Shown here: positions 54,476 through 64,000 of the stretch, in pieces
How positions within the stretch are numbered: position 1 is the stretch's first letter
How the letters are laid out: each line of letters starts with the position of its first letter
Origin: the human T2T-CHM13v2.0 reference genome, Homo sapiens
Direction: 5' to 3' (one strand)
Assembly: GCF_009914755.1 (NCBI RefSeq)
Contig: NC_060935.1
Length of the DNA stretch: 64,000 nucleotides
Notes under the pieces: generated by a model
Seen by the model: the letters and a program-made list of their open reading frames with translations, nothing else
The model's database searches: none
Told to the model about the DNA's origin: nothing
Program-made: the position numbers and the translations under genes

Positions 54476-54692
54476 TGAACTCCTGACTTCAAGTGATCTG
54501 CCCACCTCGGCCTCCCAAAGTGCTGGGATGACAGGAGGGAGCGCCACCCAGCCTCCCTTATGACTTTTCCATCTCACCAGTGTGTCAAATTGTCTGCCTA
54601 CTTTACCTTTTGTGCCTCAGTTTCTTCTGAATAATGGAGAGGCTAATACTATCTACCTCATAGAGTGACCATGAGGACTAAATGAGACAATA

Positions 54693-55299
<607 letters not shown>

Positions 55300-56218
55300 C
55301 TACCTCCAAAAAAAAAACGGAACAAGGATGAACTCTGAACTCTGAGCAGTGGTGCACTGGGGCTGGTTTGTATGGGCTCACAAGAGCCAACTCTCAAGCT
55401 TTCAGGAATGCTGCAAGCCAGTTAAACACAGGCATTAAAAATCATATAAACTCGCAGATAAAGTATATTCAAAACAAGTATAGTAAATCCTCAGAACTCA
55501 CCACTTTCTAATTATTTCACACCATTTCACTATTATCCATGGTCTCCAAGTCATTTATGTCTGTTATATCTGCAGAGGAGAGATACAATGTAATGGTCTG
55601 CTCCTGAGCATCTCATACCAACCCCTGGTTGTAACATCCCATTAGTAACTTGAAATCGGCCATGGTGGGAGTTCCAGAAAGTCTAATGTACAAATAATGA
55701 GTTTTGCAAAGAGAACATAGAAAATAGTGGGGAAGGAAATTATTAAAGGAATAATTCAAGAAAATTTCCTAGAACTGCAAGACAATTTTCAGACTGAAAT
55801 AGTTCACTGAGTTCCTTGCAAAACATGAAAAAAATAAAAGCCAAGGTATTTTTGCAAATTTCAGAAGATCAAGCACTAATAAGATGATCCTGAAAGCATC
55901 CAGTCAAAAAAGAAAAAAACAAACCACCAAGTTACAAAGGAGTAGGAATCAGCATAACATCTGACTTCTCGGCAATAGCATTTGGTTTTTGTTTTTAAAG
56001 CTATAAACAATAAGCGATGCTAAAAACGTTTAAGGAAAATTATTTCCGGCCAGGCACGGTGGCTTATGCCTGTAATCACAGCACTTTGGGAGGCCGAGGC
56101 GGGCGGATCACTTGAGGTCAGGAGTTTGAGATCAGCCTGGCCAACATGGTGAAACCATCTCTACTAAAAATACAAAAAATTAGCCAGGAGTGATGGTGGG
56201 CACCTGTAATCCCACCTA

Positions 56219-56326
<108 letters not shown>

Positions 56327-57802
56327 TCAAAAAAAAAAAAAAAAAAAAAAAATCAAAATATCCGGTGTTTATCAGCAATTCAAGGGGGGATACAGAATAG
56401 GCAGATGCACACCTAAGTCTGGAGTCCAAGGAGGGTCTGCCCTGGAGATATGAATTTGAGTGTAGTAGCTTTAAAGATGGCATGGAAAGCCATAGATGAG
56501 ATGAAGTTACCAGGAGTTGAGATGAACAGAAAAAATGAGGTCCAAGGACTGAGCCTTTTGTTAGGGACTGCTAGAGGCGGTGTTTCCCACATCCTCCAAA
56601 AGGGAGCAAACCAAGAAAGAGGAAGACAGAAGATAAGGAAGGAGGAATCTGACACTGGAGACAGAATATTCAGATTGGTGGTGAACGGGGATTCCAGAAC
56701 TACAGGTCTCAGGGTAAGATGTCTAAACTGGCACTAGAGGATGAAGCATCCTGGGAGGGTATCACCAAGGAAAAACAAAAAGAGCAACCCTGTTTGAATA
56801 TACTGAGATTAAACTATGGCTCAAAGTTTGGGGATGAGATAGAAACAGGAACACAGAACTCTTAAGCACATGGAAAAACAAGGTAATTACTAACATTTTT
56901 TTGTAGATATATTTACAGAATTGTAAATATGGAATCACGTCAACACTGTATATAAAAGTCATAGAAATGTAAACACAGAATATTGATTGAACCATAAACG
57001 ATTACAGAATTATGAGGATGCCAGGAAAGGGGCATAAAAATGTTATTTGGAGCAATTCTCCTAGATACACACCCCAAAAATTGAAAACAGGTACTCAAAC
57101 AAGTACATGTACACAAATACTCAGAGCAGCACTATTTGAAACAGTCAAAAGGTGGAAACAATCCAAATATCCATCAACTAATAAATGCATAAACAAACTG
57201 TGGTACACATAGGGAAATACTATTCAGCCACAAAAAGGAATGAAGTACTGACACATGCTATGTTAGTGAACCTCAAAAACATCATGCTAAGTGAAAGACT
57301 GCCAGACACAAAAGGTCAGATACTGTATGAATCCACTTATATGAAATATCCAGAAAAGGCAAATCCATAAAAACGGAAAGCGGATTGGTGGCTGCTAGGG
57401 GTTGGTGGGGGGAGTGAAAAATGGGGATAACTGCTTAATGAGTATGGGCTTTTTGTTTTTTGAGACAGAAGTCTATGTTGCCTAGGCTGCTCTCTAAACT
57501 CCTGGGCTCAAGCGTTCCTCCCATCTCAGCCTCCCAAAATGCTGGGACTAAGTCAACAGGAGTGTGGGGTTTTGCTTCAAGGTGATGAAAAATGTTTTGG
57601 AACTACATAAAGGTGGTGGTTGTACAATATTATGAACAAACAAATGCCACTGAATTGTTCACTTTAAAATGGGGAATTTTATAATGTGAATTTCACCTCA
57701 ATTTTTTTAAAAAGAATGTTACTTAGAAATAAGAAAGTGGGCCGGGCGCGGTGGCTCACACCTGTTATCCCAGCACTTTGTGAGGCCAAGGCGTGCAGAT
57801 CA

Positions 57803-58133
<331 letters not shown>

Positions 58134-58869
58134 TTATGTCTTACCAAATGATTCAACAGGCTGGGCGCAGTGGCTCACACCTGTAATCCCAGCAATTTGG
58201 GAGGCCGAGGTGAGCAGATCTCTTGAGGCCAGGAGTTTGAGACCAGCCTGGCCAACACGGCAAAATCCCATTTCTACTGAAAATACGAAAATTAGCCAAT
58301 CATGGTAGCAGGCACCGGTAACCCCAGCTACTCAGGAGGCTGAGGCACAAAAATTGCTTGAACCTAGGAGGTGAAGGTTGCAGTGACCCAAGATCACACC
58401 ACCGCACTCCAGCCTGGGTGACAGTGAGACTGAAAAGATAAATAAAACCACATACATGTGTAAGTTTAAGAATAATAAGATGGGCCGGGCACAGTGGCTC
58501 ACATGAGGTCAGGAGTTCAAAACCAGCCTGACCAACATGGTGAAACCCTGTTTCAACTAAAAAAAAAATACAAAATTAGCCAGGCATGGTAGCTCATGCC
58601 TGTAATCCCAGCTACTTGGGAAGCTGAGGCAGTAGAATCACCTGAACGCGGGATGCAGAGGTTGCAGTTGAAGAGATTGCGCCATTGGACTCCAGCCTGG
58701 GCAACAAGAGTGAAACTCCATCTCAAAAAAAAAAAAAAAAAAAAAAAATCGGCTGGGCGCAGTGGCTCACGCCTGTAATCCTAGCACTTTGGGAGGCCAA
58801 GGTGGGTGGATCACGAAGTCAGGAGATCGAGACCATCCTGGCTAACACGGTGAAACCCCGTCTCTACTA

Positions 58870-59037
<168 letters not shown>

Positions 59038-59840
59038 CTACCACTTGAAAAGATGATTTTTCAAGGAAGAAAACAGTTGTTGCAGGAAACCTACAAATTC
59101 TAGGTGCTCACACGGATAGATTAGGAAAAATAATGTGCATATGCTATTTCCAACTGGGTCAAAGTAGATGTTAGGGAAAAAAAAAAAAGCATATAGATGC
59201 TTTTTTTTTGTTTTTTGGACGGAGTCTCACTGTCACCCAGGCTGGAGTGCAGTGATGTGATCTCAGCTCACTGCAACTTCCACCTCCTGGGTTACAGGTG
59301 CCTGCCACCATGCCCAGCTTATTTTTGTATTTTTAGTAATGACAGGGTTTCACCATGTTGGCCAGGCTAGTCTTGAACTTCTGACCTCAGGTGATCCACC
59401 CACCTTGGCCTCCCAAAGTGCGGGGATTACAGGCGTGAGCCAACACGTGCAGCCATTTCTGAATTCTGAAGGATCATGGCTCTGTCAACAAACACCAGCC
59501 AGACATGCAGCTTAACCATTTCTAAGTCTTATAACCTTGAACCACTCCCTAGGGTTGTCTGAGATTTTACTCATTCAAGCAGCAATACCCATGTACCCCA
59601 TTAGGTTAAGAATTAAATTAAAACACAATACCAGAACAAGTAAATCTTACTTTAACCCATCCAAAGATTTTCAAAGGCCAGGAACCCAAGCCCACTTCAG
59701 ATATTCTTCCTAAACCCCCAATGCTCCAGACGAACTGTGCCTGTTTACTGTCCCCTAGATTCCTTCATCTTTAACCCTCACCACAAGATCCAATGTCTCT
59801 CCATATCAGATTCCCCTCCCTCCAGTGACACTTTTATGTA

Positions 59841-59918
59841 TTAGGTTAGTGCAAAAGTAAATGTGGTTTTTGCATTAAAGTAATGGCAAAAACCACAATT
59901 ACTTTTGCACCAACCTAA
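59841..59918. mobile_element. MADE1 (Hsmar1-derived MITE)
   Basis: TTAGGTTAGTGCAAAAGTAA...TTACTTTTGCACCAACCTAA inverted repeat, flanked by TA on both sides. Confidence 0.92.
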
Positions 59919-60291
59919 TATTACTATTTCTGACGCTACAAGTGGTTAACATCTGCCAGGGATCTGTCTCAGTCTTTTAACATTAAATGTATCAAAAATA
60001 CTTAGAAACATTTTTGCCATGACACCAAAACAAACACAAAGGCATTATTTCCTAGTGTCTTCCAGTTCTCCATGTTTAAAGCAACCACCTATGAGGTTAT
60101 AAGCTGCTCAACTGGTTTAAGGGGCCAATCAAGGGATGTGATGGACAGTATCTTACTGCTCCCTGGAATCCTAACATCAATCACCCAAAACACTTCCCCA
60201 TCAAACAAGATCAACACATATGAACCACTGATATATATAATTTTTCTTCTAGGAAAATAAATATGAAACATGCTTTTAGTTAAACAATCAT

Positions 60292-60297
60292 TTTATT
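60292..60297 (-). terminator. RPS13 polyadenylation signal AATAAA
   Basis: TTTATT on plus strand, 20 nt downstream of the stop codon. Confidence 0.9.
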
Positions 60298-60317
60298 GCT
60301 TGAGTACACAGACAAAT

Positions 60318-60351
60318 TTATGCGACCAGGGCAGAGGCTGTAGATGATTCA
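60318..60351 (-). CDS. RPS13: RPS13 exon 6 coding part, including TAA
   Basis: (Y)ESSTASALVA-TAA; coding exons sum to 23+49+79+170+101+34 = 456 nt = 151 aa + stop. Confidence 0.99.
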
Positions 60352-60538
60352 CTGAAAAAGAAAAAAGGGGAAAGAAAGAAAATCAGGATTAATACTGGTC
60401 CCTCCACATTCATTAACAGAATCTCCCCACTAATGGTGCTATTCTCAAACAGTTAATAAATCCAAACTATATAAAGTGCACCAAACTACTGAATACCTGA
60501 ACCAACTCATTGTGTTCAAGCACAATGAATGAAGATGC

Positions 60539-60629
60539 TCACTCAGACATCCAAGGAAGAACTGGCCAACATAAGGAAAAACATTTCTGGTGGAAACTGC
60601 GAATGTCTGGCAACCAATCATCATAGTGA
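60539..60629 (-). ncRNA. SNORD14A: U14 box C/D snoRNA in RPS13 intron 5
   Basis: TCACTATGATGA (box C)...CATTCGCAGTTTC (domain A)...TTCCTTGGATGT-CTGA (box D)-GTGA; terminal stem. The A/B letter is from recalled annotation. Confidence 0.93.
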
Positions 60630-60981
60630 GCAATTCATGTGAAAATTAATTCAAACTCCTGGGAGTAGAGGTATGAAAGGAAAATCTACCTACTATCTAA
60701 AAGAGAGTCAAAGGGCTTATTCATGGTCTAAATCTGGGGTCTGCAACTATGGCCCTCTGCTTGTCTTTATTAAAGACAAGCAGCCACACCCATTCGATTA
60801 TGTATTGCCTGTGGCTGCTTTCCCACTACCAGGCCAGAGCTCAAAGAGCAGTTAACAAAATAGCCCCCAAGGCTGAACATATTTACTACTAGCCCCCAAG
60901 GCTGAACATATTTACTACTAGGACTTTTACTACTGGCTGACTCCTATTCTTGATAACAACGACAAAAGAGTTGATACTTAC

Positions 60982-61082
<101 letters not shown>

Positions 61083-61332
61083 CTAAAAATAAAATTTGGT
61101 GCAATTCAAGAAAACCACCCAAAATGACCTAACATTATCAAACATTAATAAGAGAATGTAGAGCTACCATGCACTTTCTATAATGAAAATCTCTTTGGAT
61201 AGAATTTGAACTTCAAAGCAGCACTACACTGGTTTGTGTACTAAGCCTTGGATAATTCAAACCAGATGCATTACATTTTACCGAAAAAATTTAGTACAAG
61301 CAGTCCTACTTAGCACCAGGTTTTATTTATTA

Positions 61333-61527
<195 letters not shown>

Positions 61528-61663
61528 TTAACTTTCAACACGAAACACAAACTGGAGAATGTGATGATGTCAAGGCTCAGAAATCAGGGCATAGTTTCCT
61601 ATCTGTAAGATGGGGGTATACTTTTATACATCACAGAAACCAACGTGAGAATGCACATAAAGC

Positions 61664-61753
61664 TCACTCAGACATCCAAGGAAGGTTTACCCAACACTAA
61701 GGAAAACCTTTCTGGTGGAAACTGCGAATGTTGGAAAACCATCATCACAGTGA
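61664..61753 (-). ncRNA. SNORD14B: U14 box C/D snoRNA in RPS13 intron 3
   Basis: TCACTGTGATGA...CATTCGCAGTTTCCACCAGAAA...TTCCTTGGATGTCTGAGTGA; extended stem AGCTCACT/AGTGAGCT at 61661-61756. The A/B letter is from recalled annotation. Confidence 0.93.
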
Positions 61754-61992
61754 GCTTGCTGGAATACAGATGACCAAAGGGATTAATGAGATTCCACAGC
61801 TAACATTTACTGAGAACTCTGGTCAGATATTCTTCTAAAAACTTTACACGTTATTTCTTTTAAACCTCTAATGAGCTCTGACTACTTACAATCTATGACA
61901 TATTTTCTTTTGATGTGTCATACCTCCAATTAGACTACAAGCTCCAGGAGTACAGATATTTTGCACCCCCCTCCCCCTTTTAAGAGGTGGGA

Positions 61993-62590
<598 letters not shown>

Positions 62591-63031
62591 TTTTTTGGGC
62601 GGGGGAGTCGGAGAGTAGTATGTTCTCAGGCCCCAGAACCATGTTCAGCACATAGAAGGTAAACATTTGCTGAATGAAGCCACTTGCACGAAGTCACACG
62701 CAGCTGAGATTCAAACCACACCTAACTGTGAGGAACTGTGTCAGGCACTCTGCTTAGCCAATTCCAACTCCTCCACTTGACAGCTGTGTGATTTGGGGCT
62801 GGTTAGTATCCAGCGGCAGTGTGCCTCTGCTTCCTCAACTGTAAACTGGGGTGAAAGCCATGAAGATTTATTTCAAAGTATTGTGGTCAGAATTAAACGA
62901 AATCAGTACATGTGAAGTGCTTACAATGATGCCTCTAGCACGGTGGCGAGACCAGAGTTTTGGCTATTTTTAAAATAACTTTACCACCTACTAGATCCTA
63001 CAAGTCACACGAGGACAGGCGAAATAGGCTA

Positions 63032-63133
<102 letters not shown>

Positions 63134-63312
63134 TTATGGAATAGAAAGCAGCCTTAGGATGAGAACCCAGGAATGGCGCCGCAGAACAGCGGTCTCTCCT
63201 TCCGCAAAACCGCGCTCCTCATACACGCAAGTTCCTCACCCTGGCGTCGCTTCACCCGAGACAAATGCCAACCCCCTCCCCGGATTCTCCCCGGTCCCAG
63301 CGCGCTACTTAC

Positions 63313-63361
63313 AGTGGGGACGCTGCGTCGATAGGGTAAAGCCGACTGGGACAGGCCCTTC
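63313..63361 (-). CDS. RPS13: RPS13 exon 2 (49 nt)
   Basis: CAG|GAAGGGCCTGTCCCAG...CCCACT|GTAAGT encodes KGLSQSALPYRRSVPT. Confidence 0.99.
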
Positions 63362-63502
63362 CTGGGGAGAGAAGCAGTCTCGAGGTGAGGTGGCGGCTAG
63401 TGCCAGAGCAGCCCAGAACATCATCCCCTCGGCCCGCTGCCCACACTCCCTGTCTTCCTCCCACCCCCCGCCCAGCAATCCGGCTTGATGCCCCGAGCTC
63501 AC

Positions 63503-63525
63503 CCGGGAGCATGCATGCGACCCAT
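63503..63525 (-). CDS. RPS13: 40S ribosomal protein S13 (uS15), exon 1 coding part
   Basis: Minus strand ATGGGTCGCATGCATGCTCCCGG|GTGAGC = MGRMHAP(G); ATG at 63525 in the context GCCGCCATCATGG. Confidence 0.99.
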
Positions 63526-63545
63526 GATGGCGGCGATCAGGCAAC

Positions 63546-63555
63546 GAAAGGAGAG
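63546..63555 (-). promoter_or_regulatory. 5'TOP / TCT initiator of RPS13
   Basis: CTCTCCTTTC pyrimidine tract 21-30 nt upstream of the ATG, typical of ribosomal protein genes. Confidence 0.85.
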
Positions 63556-64000
63556 CGAGAGTGGAAACGCCGCAGGAAGCCACCCAACACGCAGGAAGTG
63601 ACCTCACACGTCCCCGCTTCCTCTCACGCAGGAGGCGGAGCTACGCTGCGCAGCCACCGCCCGTCTGTGTGACTACATCTCCCGAAATGCATTTCAGCGT
63701 CGCAAGAGATCGTCAATCCAGCCTCATCCCGGCATGCATCGGTCTTTGGTCAGCCTTGTTGCCAGAGCGGGAATTTGAGGCTGACGCCAGCTTGCGTCGA
63801 AATTCCCTGTGGACGCCGAGATCACAAAGATTCGAATGCTGCGCTGGGGGTGGGTATGGAGCAGGTAGGGCTGGAAGAAGCAGCCATACACAGGTGTTTG
63901 CTCATTCACCAGTGCCTGGCTTTGTCCTGGCACTAGATCCCTCAGAGTCAGCCCTGCGCCTAATAAATTAACAGATACAATAGCATGTGATGAGGACCAC

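Larger units (their letters stand above)
63140..63850. promoter_or_regulatory. CpG-island promoter of RPS13 with ETS/GABP, YY1 and ZNF143-type motifs
   Basis: High CpG density; CAGGAAG twice at 63573-63600; GATGGCGGCG at 63526-63535; GACTACATCTCCCGAAATGCA at 63671-63691. Confidence 0.8.

Noticed and set aside
63159-63971. ORFs overlapping the RPS13 promoter and first exons
   Set aside because: By-products of the GC-rich CpG island; no recognisable protein.

Overview
Repeat-dense primate (almost certainly human) genomic DNA. The right end holds the complete 6-exon RPS13 gene on the minus strand (151 aa) with two intronic U14 C/D snoRNAs and a CpG-island/TOP promoter. From recalled gene order this is human 11p15.1. 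The remainder is about 45 Alus, LTR and DNA-transposon relics, and three large structures. (1) A full-length minus-strand L1 (13730-19887) with an L1PA4-like 5' body but an L1HS-type (ACG) 3' ~1.5 kb. (2) An old plus-strand L1M whose ORF2 endonuclease domain is split, almost in register, by a ~19.2 kb satellite-bounded cassette (25589-44797): SATR array, unique DNA, OR7E pseudogene, SATR array. The two cassette ends join into one satellite unit, as expected if a circle was opened and inserted. (3) Inside that cassette, an SVA_F-like element with a 17-bp TSD, a ~70-nt 5' transduction and a cluster of A>G changes resembling fixed ADAR editing. Repeat subfamily calls and consensus comparisons are from memory, not from a search, and most repeat boundaries are approximate.
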